From Trichlorobacter lovleyi SZ (lineage in GTDB: Bacteria; Desulfobacterota; Desulfuromonadia; Geobacterales; Pseudopelobacteraceae), in NCBI RefSeq assembly GCF_000020385.1, contig NC_010815.1, positions 1-32,000 of the forward strand: a stretch of DNA of 32,000 nt, written 5' to 3'. Numbering within the stretch: the stretch's first letter is position 1; the number at the start of each line of letters is the position of its first letter. The notes beneath the pieces were generated by a model that saw nothing but the letters and a program-made list of their open reading frames with translations, ran no database searches and was not told the DNA's origin. A program made the position numbers and the translations under genes. Shown here piece after piece: positions 17,159-26,351 of the stretch.

Positions 17159-17208
17159 AATCTTCAATTTGCTGTCTTGACAACCGTGAGTAGCTCAGTG
17201 TGCTGAGA

Positions 17209-18677
17209 TAGTCGTCCCTGAAAAAGTCCGGAATTTGCTCAGACGGTGTTGAGTTGAATGGGGGATAGTCTCCCCCAGCTGAGAAATGTCCGTTCTTTTA
17301 CAAGCCAAAATAAGAGGAGCTTGAGCAGCTTCCTCAGGTTGTACCCACAAGCGGCAAGCAGGGCGTTGATCTTGTCACCTTCTGCACCCTTGAGGTGGTT
17401 TCTGTCCATCCGGTGATCAACTTTCAGGTGACCGATGATCGGTTCAATGGCACTGCGTCTCTTGTACCATGCCCATTCACTGGGCTTCATGCTGCTCTTG
17501 CGTTTGTTGGCTAAGTGGACGGTGGTTCCGTTCAGTGAGCTGGGTACTCCCTTGTAGCCTTTGTCACAGTAGGCATTGCCTGGAGTGATGCCGGTTATCT
17601 GAGCTGCCTGTTTCAGCGCTCCCTTGAGCGTATGGCCATCATACGGATTACCATCCTTGGCCTGGGTACCGATGATCCAGTTGTCTTTTGATGTGCTGAC
17701 AATGGATACCTTGCAGCCAAATTCGTATTTCTTGTGACTCTTGCCCTTGGCGATGCAGCTGACTTCTGGAGCATGCAGGCTGTACAGCTTGTTTTTGTCA
17801 TGCTGCTTCTGGTTGAAAATTCTGCGGGACCGTTCAAGCAGGGTAGTCAGTGTCTGATCAGGATTTGCGATCTTTCTGAAAATGTCCCTGATGACTCGGC
17901 CCAGATAGATCTTGAGACGTTTCAGCTCCCGCTTGGCCCGATTCATCTGACGGGCATGCTTGTAACGTCCATGCTTGATGTAGGCCTTCTTGCCCAGACG
18001 CTCATAGCTCTGACGCAACTGAATGCCACGTTCTTTGGCAAGCTTGACCAGTGCAACCCGGGCCTTGTGATACAGTCTGGCATCAGTGGGATAGGCAATG
18101 GCCTTTTCCTGTACCGTGGTGTCTACGTTGACTCGCTCAAGTGACTGCGGTGTGATGTCGTTTCTACGCACAGCGGTTGCAATGGTTGCCTGTAGCAGTT
18201 TCTCTACCCCTTTGGAGCCGATCCGCTTTCTCCACTTTACCAGGGTGGTGGGATCAAGGGGCAGACGGTGCTGGAAGAATTCAAAACCACAGAAGTACTG
18301 CCAGTACGGATTCTCGACAAAGCGGGCAACGACTGATTCATCTGATTCGTTAAAGGCGTGCTTCAGGTAGTGCAGACCAACCAGCAAACGAATCGGTACA
18401 CCGGGACGGCCCATCTTGACTGAGTACAGGGGGCCAAACTCTCTTTCAAAGAACTGCCAGTCGATTTGATCTGCCAGACGATACAGTTCATGCTGGCGAT
18501 CGAGCATCTGATCAAGGCGGGAACGAAACAAGTCGCCCTGGTCAGAAATCTGAACTTTGGGTTGCATGAAATCACCGGAAATTGAAGGATGAACTACTAT
18601 TTCTGGTGATTTTATCAAAGTATAATGCAAATACAAATCAATAATTACAAGTTGTTATAATGCTTCAGGGACGACTA
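17209..18677 (-). mobile_element. IS5-family insertion sequence (about 1.47 kb)
   Basis: Terminal inverted repeats TAGTCGTCCCTGAA (17209-17222) and TTCAGGGACGACTA (18664-18677). The outer TA on each side could be part of the repeat or a 2-bp target duplication. It lies 16 bp from the IS3 right end and 95 bp from the receptor stop at 18773. Confidence 0.8.
17239..18567 (-). CDS. IS5-family DDE transposase
   Basis: Start placed at the ATG at 18567 (MQPKVQISDQGDLF...). It has an InsH-like N-terminal domain (GRPGVPIRLLVGLHYLKHAFNESDE), then the DDE region VDTTVQEKAIAYPTD ... CDKGYKG ... RSAIEPIIGHLK, colinear with E. coli IS5 InsH. Confidence 0.88.
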   Translation of the reverse strand: MQPKVQISDQGDLFRSRLDQMLDRQHELYRLADQIDWQFFEREFGPLYSVKMGRPGVPIRLLVGLHYLKHAFNESDESVVARFVENPYWQYFCGFEFFQHRLPLDPTTLVKWRKRIGSKGVEKLLQATIATAVRRNDITPQSLERVNVDTTVQEKAIAYPTDARLYHKARVALVKLAKERGIQLRQSYERLGKKAYIKHGRYKHARQMNRAKRELKRLKIYLGRVIRDIFRKIANPDQTLTTLLERSRRIFNQKQHDKNKLYSLHAPEVSCIAKGKSHKKYEFGCKVSIVSTSKDNWIIGTQAKDGNPYDGHTLKGALKQAAQITGITPGNAYCDKGYKGVPSSLNGTTVHLANKRKSSMKPSEWAWYKRRSAIEPIIGHLKVDHRMDRNHLKGAEGDKINALLAACGYNLRKLLKLLLFWLVKERTFLSWGRLSPIQLNTV

Positions 18678-18772
18678 CTTTCTTTGTCATTGGTCACCTC
18701 TGTCAGGGAGTGTACTCGCTTAACAGAATGTCCGTCCAGCACGGGCAGGATCAGAGATGCAAAACCACTCCG

Positions 18773-20647
18773 TCAAAACCTCACCTGCACGCCCCCCAGC
18801 GCACGGATGCCGTCATCGGGATGTCCGTAGTGGTTCTGGTAACGGACATTACACAGGTTGTCAATTTTGGCAAAGATATCTGCCTTGATCTTTTTGTAGG
18901 TCAACGGCTGGGTAACACGAAGATCTGCTGTCAGATAATCGTTCATCTTCTGCATAACCAGATTCTCTGCTGGGCTATAGCGCACACCCTCATAACGGAG
19001 CGATGCTTCCAGGCGCGTTTTTACGTCTGGGATGGTGTACTGTGCCGTCGCCTTTAGCTTGATATCAGGCGTGTAGGGCAGGTCTTTTCCCGTATCCCGG
19101 TTTTTTGAACTCTGATAAATACACGACAGGTCACCGCTGAAACCGGATTCCCAACTTGATTTTGCCGTTACTTCAATGCCTTGCCGCTCGGCTCCGGCTA
19201 TATTGATCGGACGGTAGATAAGATCGGCGCCCCGTTGCGATGTGATCAGATCCCAGGTGTCTACTCTGAAAAGAGTGGCCTGAATCTGTCTGTTTTTGGC
19301 AAAACGGTACTCAAGACTCATATCGTATGAAAGCACCTTTTCGGTTTTTAGGTCTGGATTGCCCCTGCTTTGATCAATGGAGCCGTGTGTACTTTGATAG
19401 AGCTGTTCAAAGGTAGGAACATTGGTTACATAGCCAACCCGCATCTTCAGCAGAGTATTTTGGGTTGCAGCCCAACCAAGACCGAGCACCCCACCAGGGG
19501 TGAAGCCAAAATCATTAGTGATATCGCCACGGGCGCCAGCTGTTGCCGTAATATCTCCAAAACGTTTGTCAAACTGGGCATTCAAGCCGTTTCTGAACCG
19601 GTTGTGTCTTCCCGCCAGGCTGTGTTCATAATTATCAAATTCCGACATGCCGCCAAGCCGGAATTCCCACTTTTCTTGTTCATCAAGCCAACTGGTATCC
19701 AGCTTCAGGCCAACTTTCCGATCATCAAGAGTAGCGGTATAGCCCTGCTGAGATCTGTCCTTCAGGTTGAGCAGATCACCGTAGCTGTTCAGGGTGTAGG
19801 AGCCAGTCTCAAGCAAGGCCCCGGAAATGCGGCCATCAATCGATCCTTTACGGTACTGCTGACGCGCATTGGGGGTTTCATTGTCAATCGGCCCGGAAAC
19901 GCCGTATTCAGCCTGATAATAGCGCCCGTTGACCTCATATTTGTTGCCGTTTTTTATACTGCGATTCCAGTTGAGAGCTGCACTGCCATCGTTACGGTCA
20001 CTGTTGATACGTCTTCCATCACGGTGATTAAAGGTACCGGTTAGCAGCAGGTTGCCGTCTCCAACAGCCAAAGCCTGACTTGCGCTGGTCTGCAACAGGC
20101 CGTATGAACCTCCGGCAGCCTTAATGGAGCTTTTAAGCGTTTCCCCTTTGGTGTCACGCTTGATCTCACGGGTAATAATATTGATGGCGCCATCACTGCC
20201 GCCGGGACCCAGCCAGACCGGAACCGGCGGTTTAAATACCGTCACCGACTCAATCAGTTCGACCGGAATGGCATTCAGTTCCATCCCCCCGCTCTGATTG
20301 CTGTTCATGGGCCTACCGTTCAACAGTATCAGCACGCCGCTGGATTTCCCGGAGCCCCGGATGGCGATGCGGGTACCCATGCCGGAGGTTGGATACACAT
20401 CAACGCCAGGCATGGTTTTTAGAATCTCTTCCAAATTTGAATGGTTCCGTTTGATGATTTCAGCCCGAGTGACGTTGGTGACTTCCTGAGGATAATTTTT
20501 AATATACTCATCCAACCGGTCGGCAGTAACCACCACCTCGCCCAATGCGTAGGAGGATGGCGATCCCTTAACCGTTTCAGCAGCTACGGAACCGGCTGCC
20601 AACAGCACAACTGCTGCAGTTGGCAGTGCAATGGTACGATAGTTCAT
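18773..20647 (-). CDS. TonB-dependent outer-membrane receptor, BtuB-sized (624 aa)
   Basis: Signal peptide (..LLAAGSVAAE), TonB box GEVVVTA, plug domain, a long beta-barrel and a terminal aromatic residue (..GGVQVRF). It is the last gene of the riboswitch-controlled operon. Corrinoid specificity is inferred from context only. Confidence 0.85.
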   Translation of the reverse strand: MNYRTIALPTAAVVLLAAGSVAAETVKGSPSSYALGEVVVTADRLDEYIKNYPQEVTNVTRAEIIKRNHSNLEEILKTMPGVDVYPTSGMGTRIAIRGSGKSSGVLILLNGRPMNSNQSGGMELNAIPVELIESVTVFKPPVPVWLGPGGSDGAINIITREIKRDTKGETLKSSIKAAGGSYGLLQTSASQALAVGDGNLLLTGTFNHRDGRRINSDRNDGSAALNWNRSIKNGNKYEVNGRYYQAEYGVSGPIDNETPNARQQYRKGSIDGRISGALLETGSYTLNSYGDLLNLKDRSQQGYTATLDDRKVGLKLDTSWLDEQEKWEFRLGGMSEFDNYEHSLAGRHNRFRNGLNAQFDKRFGDITATAGARGDITNDFGFTPGGVLGLGWAATQNTLLKMRVGYVTNVPTFEQLYQSTHGSIDQSRGNPDLKTEKVLSYDMSLEYRFAKNRQIQATLFRVDTWDLITSQRGADLIYRPINIAGAERQGIEVTAKSSWESGFSGDLSCIYQSSKNRDTGKDLPYTPDIKLKATAQYTIPDVKTRLEASLRYEGVRYSPAENLVMQKMNDYLTADLRVTQPLTYKKIKADIFAKIDNLCNVRYQNHYGHPDDGIRALGGVQVRF

Positions 20648-20680
20648 ACGATATACTCCTTCATGTGATGCCTTTCCTGT

Positions 20681-21415
20681 TTATTCAAGACGAAAGACCA
20701 CCGGCATAATGATTTCAGCGGCAACCGGCGGTTTGGGAAAAGGGGCCACACCTTTCACCGTTTCCACGGCGCTATTGTCCAGCAGCGTATGGCCGCTGCC
20801 CTCTTTGACGTGGATTGAACGGACGCTACCGTCTTCTGCCACCACAAACGCCAAAACGACTCTGCCGCTCCAGCCCCTGCGACGTGCAAGCTGTGGATAG
20901 GTAAGGTGGCTCATGATCAGATCACGGATATAGGTAAAATGCTGGGCCCGGTACCGTTGCTGGGCCTGTCCTGAGGAGACTGTACCTCCACTTGATATCA
21001 CAGCAGGCTGTGATACAGAATGAGTTACAATGTTCGCAGCACCTCTTGCAGTCGGAGTGCCGCTGCTGCTTTCACTGACTGCATTAACGGCTTGGGTATC
21101 AGGCGGCATAACTGCCGCTGTATGTGGCGCCGCTGCAGCAACTGTTTGAGGTGTTGTTTGAAGCTGCTTTTGCTGAACAGGCTTCGGCTGCGCAGAAACC
21201 GGCTGATTCGCTGGTTTCTGCGGCTGCTGCGGCTGTATATCAGCCCTTTGCTGCGCCCCCTGCTGCCGCTCCGGCATTGTAGTGGTTGCAAGGGTAAAAT
21301 CGATACTGATCGGCGGGACAGAAGTGAGCGCAGAGCCAGCAAACAGCAGCACGACACAGAGCAGGCCGACATGCAGACCTAAAGAAATGCCGTACCACTT
21401 GACCTGACTATCCAT
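20681..21415 (-). CDS. tonB: TonB energy transducer
   Basis: N-terminal TM anchor, a Pro/Gln-rich spacer (QPQQPQKPANQPVSAQPKPVQQKQ) and a C-terminal TonB domain (YPQLARRRGWSGRVVLAFVVAEDGSV...). Overlaps the exbD stop. Confidence 0.85.
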   Translation of the reverse strand: MDSQVKWYGISLGLHVGLLCVVLLFAGSALTSVPPISIDFTLATTTMPERQQGAQQRADIQPQQPQKPANQPVSAQPKPVQQKQLQTTPQTVAAAAPHTAAVMPPDTQAVNAVSESSSGTPTARGAANIVTHSVSQPAVISSGGTVSSGQAQQRYRAQHFTYIRDLIMSHLTYPQLARRRGWSGRVVLAFVVAEDGSVRSIHVKEGSGHTLLDNSAVETVKGVAPFPKPPVAAEIIMPVVFRLE

Positions 21416-21791
21416 TGATGCTCTCTGTCTGAAGACTCAGTTTCTTGAAACCCATTTGGGTAACAGAATCCAGAACCTCTACAAACCCTTGTAGCAGCAG
21501 GCTTCTGTCGGCCCGTATCAAAACCGGTGCTGCTCGATCTACAGCGGATAAAGACTGTTTAAGCAGGGGAAGCGATGTTGGTTGTCCGTCAAGAAAGAGC
21601 CTGCCATCCCTGTTTATCTCTATGGTATGCCCTTGCAGCGCAGCGCTTGCCCCCTTTGCCGCCTTGGGCAACTGGATTGGAATGCTTCCTTGGGCAATAA
21701 ACGTAGAAGTAGTCAGTACAATAGTAAGCAATACCAGCATGATATCAATAAACGGGATAACGTTGATAACGCTAACTTCTTTCTCCTCCAT
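21408..21791 (-). CDS. exbD: ExbD/TolR-family protein
   Basis: 127 aa. [18 protein letters not shown] is a TM helix with the conserved Asp, followed by a periplasmic domain (..[15 protein letters not shown]). Confidence 0.88.
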   Translation of the reverse strand: MEEKEVSVINVIPFIDIMLVLLTIVLTTSTFIAQGSIPIQLPKAAKGASAALQGHTIEINRDGRLFLDGQPTSLPLLKQSLSAVDRAAPVLIRADRSLLLQGFVEVLDSVTQMGFKKLSLQTESING

Positions 21792-22206
21792 TACGGGCCT
21801 CCCATGCCAGCAATGTTTCCTTGGCTTGTCGAACCAAGATATTGTAGATCGTTACCGCAGGGATGGCGACCACCAGCCCGATTGCGGTTGCCTTCAACGC
21901 CAGAGCCAGCCCAGTCATAATTTTTGTAGCATCAACAAAACCTTGTTGCCCCATTGTCGAAAATGTCAGCATAATCCCAAGCACTGTACCCAATAGGCCG
22001 ATATAAGGTGCATTGCTGCCAACTGTTGCAATAATATGCAGCTTACGTGTCAGAGCCAGTTCCAGCTCCTTCTTGTTCGTAAACTTCGTGCTGTCAAGCC
22101 TGCGATAAAAAGCCTTGCGCTCTAACGCTACAGCGACAGCAACAACACTCATGATCAGCAATAAGCCGATCACCCCATAATCAATAGCTGCCTTTAACCA
22201 ATCCAT
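21772..22206 (-). CDS. exbB: ExbB/TolQ (MotA family) proton-channel protein, short form
   Basis: 144 aa with [15 protein letters not shown] ... [14 protein letters not shown], the typical ExbB TM2/TM3 signature. Confidence 0.88.
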   Translation of the reverse strand: MDWLKAAIDYGVIGLLLIMSVVAVAVALERKAFYRRLDSTKFTNKKELELALTRKLHIIATVGSNAPYIGLLGTVLGIMLTFSTMGQQGFVDATKIMTGLALALKATAIGLVVAIPAVTIYNILVRQAKETLLAWEARNGGERS

Positions 22207-22250
22207 TTTATTTCTCCGTTATCTTTTAAGGCATAGTAATCACTGAATAC

Positions 22251-25200
22251 TTACCGGTTTCGTCTGAATCCGAAGCCTATCAACCCCACCAGTCCCACAA
22301 AACCCAGTATGAACAGCCAGGGGATCGGAGCCGAGGCCGCGCCGCTCTGTTGCGCCCCGGTTTCTTTCATCTCAAACCCTTCCACCTGCTTTCCCTTTGC
22401 CGCCTTGCCACTGCCGTCAGGGGCCGCGCCGCTTGCCCCCTGTTTGCTCGGTTGCGCCGTTGTCTGCGCTGCGGACTGCCTACCCTGCTGTCCGCTTCTG
22501 GCTGCATCCGGCTGTTTCATGTTTTGCAGCGCCTGTTTGAAGCCGGGGGCCAACGGTTTCAGACCCGGCACAGAGAGCAGGGTGGCGGTGGTAAATTCGG
22601 TCAGTTGCGGGTTGTTGCAGGTATGATCACAGCAGGCCAGCCCCACTTCCTGAACCGTTTTTGCATACTCCTCTGCCAGTTTTTCAACCACTTGGCTGTC
22701 CGGCTTCCAATACTGCTTGCGCACCGTCTCCAGCATCCGGGCCACCACTGACTGATAGGCCCACATATTTTTTGACTTGCGGAACATATCTTTAATCCCC
22801 AGGCCGTTGCGATCCAGCACCCAGGTTTCATGCATCTCCTGCCATTTGGCGGCATCCACCGCCTCCGGCACGGTTACCTGCCAGCCCCAAAGATGTTCCG
22901 TCACCTTGTCCACAAAACGTGCCCCGGCGTAGCCTTCCTTCATCATCGCCTTGATCCACTCCGGGTTCAGGTAGCGGGAGCGCATCTCCCGCCCCATCAT
23001 CTTTTCAAGGGTCTCCTGCACCGGCTGCTTCGGGTTGGTCATGTTGGTGACAAATACCTCTGGCGTCTTGCCGTCCACGGCCCGGATCGCCATGGCGGTG
23101 CCCCCCAGGTACTGAAAGAAATCGTCATTATCCAGGGTGGCAATAACATTGGAAGAACGGCTGTGAATGGCGATCTTGCTGCCGGACAGCGCGTTCTTCA
23201 GCAGGGTGTCCCCCAGCTTCTTGCCGTTATGTTCGGCGCTGTCACCCCAGAACCCCTGGCCGTAGAGGTGGCTCATCCGCATGAAGTAGACATCAACTAC
23301 CTGTTTTTCATTGTCCCAAGTATTGGAAGCTACAATCACCTTGTCCAGATTGGTGCCGTAGGCTCCGGACGGCTCGGTAAAGATGCGTACCGAGGCCAGC
23401 CGCTGCGCCTTTTCCTCCGAGACCCCTTTTGTCAGCAGCATCCTGCGGGTCTTCTCGACATTGCTGCGGATCAGGTTGTCCACTTCCTGCTGATCACGCG
23501 CTGTACTGACCGACTTGTCCAGCAGATCCATCAGGTTTGGAAACAGGTCGCGGTAGAGACCGGAGGGGACCATGGTGACATCAATTCGACCACGCCCCAG
23601 CTCGCCACGGGGGATAACTTCCACACCCTGCACCCGCCCCCTTTCATCCCACTTGGGGCGCACCCCCATCAGGTACATGATCTGCGATTCCATCACCCCT
23701 TCATGGCGGATGGTCTCGGTGGCCCAGATGTTGAAGGTCAGCTTGTCCGGGTAGACACCGTGACGTTTCCGATAACCGTCAATCAGCTCCTGCGCCAGTT
23801 TTTTCCCGGTGTTGTAGGTGCCGGGTGAGGGAACAAAGGCAGGGTCAAAGGAGTAAAAGTTCTTGCCGGTGGGGAGCGAATCCGGGTTCCTGATCGGGTC
23901 ATTGCCGCTGCCGGAAGGGATATAATTCCCGGCCAGGGCAGCTACGAAGGAATCCAGCTCCCGTTTGCCGCTGGCCTCAATGGCCTGTTCCAGGGCGGCA
24001 ATCCGCTTTTCCCGCTCGGCAGGGGTAAGGTTTTTCTCTATGGCGACAATTGCCTCTGCCGTACTGCGGCGGTAGCCTGCTTCCGGAGATCTGCCAAAGG
24101 TATGCAGACCGAACGGCGAAACCTTCTCCCCGATCTCCTTCAGGTAGTCGTCCAGCTCTTCTGCCTGCTCCGGGGTGCTGATGCTCGTTAGCTTCAGATC
24201 GGTCAGTATCCCGGTCTTGCGGGCCAACGTATTGATATCCTCCAGTTTTGCTGCGGCAAGCTGGGGCGATTTCTCACGGGCGGCGGTGTAATCGCTGATC
24301 AGGGCAGCAAGCAGCTTTGCCTCACGATTCATCCCGGACTTGTCCAGGGGGGGCGTCATGTAGTCAATAACCGTTGCCATGCCGCGCCGCTTGGCCTGCA
24401 GACCTTCACCCACATCATCCACGATGTAGGGGTAGATGTTGGGCAGTTCCTGAATCAGCAGCTCTGGCGGGTCTTCGCGGGTAAAACCGACCTCCTTGCC
24501 TGAAAGCCACTCATGGGTGCCGTGGGTGCCGATATGGGCCACGGCATCGGCCTTGAAGCCCCGTTTCAGCCAGAGATGAAAGGCGATATACTGGTGGTGC
24601 GGGGCGATATGGATATCGTGGTACAGCTTCTTGATATCCTGCTCCCACCCCCGCGAAGGCTGGGGGGTGAAGAGGATCTTGCCGTAACGAACGCCGGGCA
24701 GTACAATAAATTTTCTCCCCTTGGGATCGCTCCAGGTCATGATTTTCGCCTGATCCGGTTCGCCCCAGTCCTTGATCACCGACCTGCGGAACCTGTCCGG
24801 CAGCTCCATGAACCAGCTTTTGTAGACCTGTACCGGCAGCAGCAGGGCATGGCCGCTTCTGGCCAGCCGGTCTATCTCAGCCGGGGCCCAGTTGCCGATA
24901 TTGCGACCATAGGCGTGGACATCATCAAAAAGCTGGTCTTTGGAGACAGCCGTGACACCGGCATCGTACCCTTCAGCCTTCAAGCGGGCCAGCAGCTCAT
25001 ACAGGCTTTCCGGCATGACATTCAGGTAGGCAGCGCCGATGTTCTGTTTGCCCGGCGGATAGTTGTAGTAGATCAGGGCGATATGTTTGTCGCGGTTCTG
25101 CTTCTGCTGCAGGGCAAGCCAGCGTTTGACCCGTTGGGTCAGACGCTCGATCCGTTCAGGTATCGGGCGGGTCTCCACATATTCCATCCCGCTGGCCTTG

Positions 25201-26351
25201 TCCTTTATCCGTTCCTTGCTGGCCACCACGGTGGGCTGAATGATCCCCGCCAGTTCCGGCAAGCCGATGGAAGAACTACGCTCGAAGATATCCAGGCCAA
25301 CCGGTGACTTCTCCCACTCCTCCCTTGACTGGGAATGCAGGGTGACCGCATCAATAACCGGCACCCCGAGCCGGGTCAGGATCGGTACGGCCCGCTGCGG
25401 GGTAGTGCCTACCTTCAGGGAGATCCCGACAACCACCTGCACCCTGGCCTTGCCATTTTCATCAAACAAAAACTGCTCCACCGTTTTTTCCGACGGATAG
25501 CCGTAGACCGGCAGCACGTTCAGCCCCTGTCTTTCAAGCGAATCAATCAGACTGTCCAGCAGGGCTGTCTCGCCGTTGTCCACCAGATTCTTGTAAAACG
25601 GTATGCCGACCCAGGGGCCGGGCCTGCTGCGGTAGAGGCGCTGATACTCTGCAAAGCTGGTAACGGTGCGATGGCCGTCTTTCAGATAGATACCGAACTG
25701 GGGAACCTGGGCAGGGGGCACTGCCTTTACGGCAATACCGCAATCCCGTTGCAGCAGATACAGCACCATGTTGACGGCGTTATCCAGCCCTCCCTGCTGC
25801 ATGTATGAGGCAACCGTCCGGTCGTTTTGTAGCCCCAGATCCTTGTCGTCCTTGCCGTACATGCCGCCCACAGCGTAGACCTTCATCCCTTGCCGCATCA
25901 TGGCCTGCAGCGACGGTTTGAACGGCTCCAGGCCACGGCGATCCATGATATGGACGACACTGAATCCTCTGCTGCCTGGCTGTAAGGCCGGGAGCGCTGC
26001 GGCATCCCCTTTGGTCAGCACCCCAAACCGCACCTTGGCGCTCAGCTCCGGGTGGCGCTCCCTGATTGTCTGCACGGTTTTAACCGCTAGGCTGCTGTTG
26101 TAATCACCCAGGATCAGCCGGGCAAGAACCGGCGGTTGTGCAGGGGCTGCGCTGTCGGACGGGAGCGGCAGCAGAAGTATTGCAAATAAAGCCGCCAGCA
26201 TCAGCCACGCATTCTTTCGATTCCAGTTCAAGGATGATCTCAAGGCGGCGAGGAATTTGGCGACGCAGGCGTACACGAAGTACGTTGAGGAGCCAACGAC
26301 GAGCCAACGAAGAGAGCGCCTTGAAATGGAATCGGAATTATTCCGGAACAT
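22251..26351 (-). CDS. CobN / Mg-chelatase-H family protein, membrane-anchored at both ends (HmuS-like, not a canonical cytoplasmic CobN)
   Basis: 1366 aa with CobN-family blocks through the core (e.g. HIGTHGTHEWLSGKEVG). There is an N-terminal hydrophobic segment (AWLMLAALFAILLLPLPS) and a Gln/Ala/Gly-rich linker. A C-terminal TM helix plus basic tail follows (PIPWLFILGFVGLVGLIGFGFRRNR). The ATG at 26351 has GGAAGGTG upstream inside the previous gene. Alternative starts are the TTG at 26231 or the ATG at 26201. Confidence 0.85.
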   Translation of the reverse strand: MFRNNSDSISRRSLRWLVVGSSTYFVYACVAKFLAALRSSLNWNRKNAWLMLAALFAILLLPLPSDSAAPAQPPVLARLILGDYNSSLAVKTVQTIRERHPELSAKVRFGVLTKGDAAALPALQPGSRGFSVVHIMDRRGLEPFKPSLQAMMRQGMKVYAVGGMYGKDDKDLGLQNDRTVASYMQQGGLDNAVNMVLYLLQRDCGIAVKAVPPAQVPQFGIYLKDGHRTVTSFAEYQRLYRSRPGPWVGIPFYKNLVDNGETALLDSLIDSLERQGLNVLPVYGYPSEKTVEQFLFDENGKARVQVVVGISLKVGTTPQRAVPILTRLGVPVIDAVTLHSQSREEWEKSPVGLDIFERSSSIGLPELAGIIQPTVVASKERIKDKASGMEYVETRPIPERIERLTQRVKRWLALQQKQNRDKHIALIYYNYPPGKQNIGAAYLNVMPESLYELLARLKAEGYDAGVTAVSKDQLFDDVHAYGRNIGNWAPAEIDRLARSGHALLLPVQVYKSWFMELPDRFRRSVIKDWGEPDQAKIMTWSDPKGRKFIVLPGVRYGKILFTPQPSRGWEQDIKKLYHDIHIAPHHQYIAFHLWLKRGFKADAVAHIGTHGTHEWLSGKEVGFTREDPPELLIQELPNIYPYIVDDVGEGLQAKRRGMATVIDYMTPPLDKSGMNREAKLLAALISDYTAAREKSPQLAAAKLEDINTLARKTGILTDLKLTSISTPEQAEELDDYLKEIGEKVSPFGLHTFGRSPEAGYRRSTAEAIVAIEKNLTPAEREKRIAALEQAIEASGKRELDSFVAALAGNYIPSGSGNDPIRNPDSLPTGKNFYSFDPAFVPSPGTYNTGKKLAQELIDGYRKRHGVYPDKLTFNIWATETIRHEGVMESQIMYLMGVRPKWDERGRVQGVEVIPRGELGRGRIDVTMVPSGLYRDLFPNLMDLLDKSVSTARDQQEVDNLIRSNVEKTRRMLLTKGVSEEKAQRLASVRIFTEPSGAYGTNLDKVIVASNTWDNEKQVVDVYFMRMSHLYGQGFWGDSAEHNGKKLGDTLLKNALSGSKIAIHSRSSNVIATLDNDDFFQYLGGTAMAIRAVDGKTPEVFVTNMTNPKQPVQETLEKMMGREMRSRYLNPEWIKAMMKEGYAGARFVDKVTEHLWGWQVTVPEAVDAAKWQEMHETWVLDRNGLGIKDMFRKSKNMWAYQSVVARMLETVRKQYWKPDSQVVEKLAEEYAKTVQEVGLACCDHTCNNPQLTEFTTATLLSVPGLKPLAPGFKQALQNMKQPDAARSGQQGRQSAAQTTAQPSKQGASGAAPDGSGKAAKGKQVEGFEMKETGAQQSGAASAPIPWLFILGFVGLVGLIGFGFRRNR

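Larger units (their letters stand above)
15924..17192 (+). mobile_element. IS3-family insertion sequence (about 1.27 kb)
   Basis: Imperfect terminal inverted repeats TACTCACGCTTTTTCGGACAG (15924-) and CTGTCTTGACAACCGTGAGTA (-17192) flank orfA/orfB with an A9 slippery run. The ends are approximate. I could not find a clean target-site duplication. Confidence 0.75.

Noticed and set aside
20950-21400. Repetitive-looking DNA with ORFs on both strands (21020-21382 plus strand, 21025-21372 minus strand) within tonB
   Set aside because: This is the Pro/Gln/Ala-rich spacer of TonB (codon-level low complexity). It is not a tandem DNA repeat or a CRISPR-like array.
22830-25307. Long plus-strand ORFs 22830-23828 (332 aa) and 24513-25307 (264 aa) inside the CobN-like gene
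   Set aside because: These are antisense shadow ORFs of a 4.1-kb GC-rich gene. They have low-complexity His/Arg/Gly/Pro-rich translations and no recognisable domains. The same reasoning applies to 7721-8482, 19370-20044 and 27260-27868.
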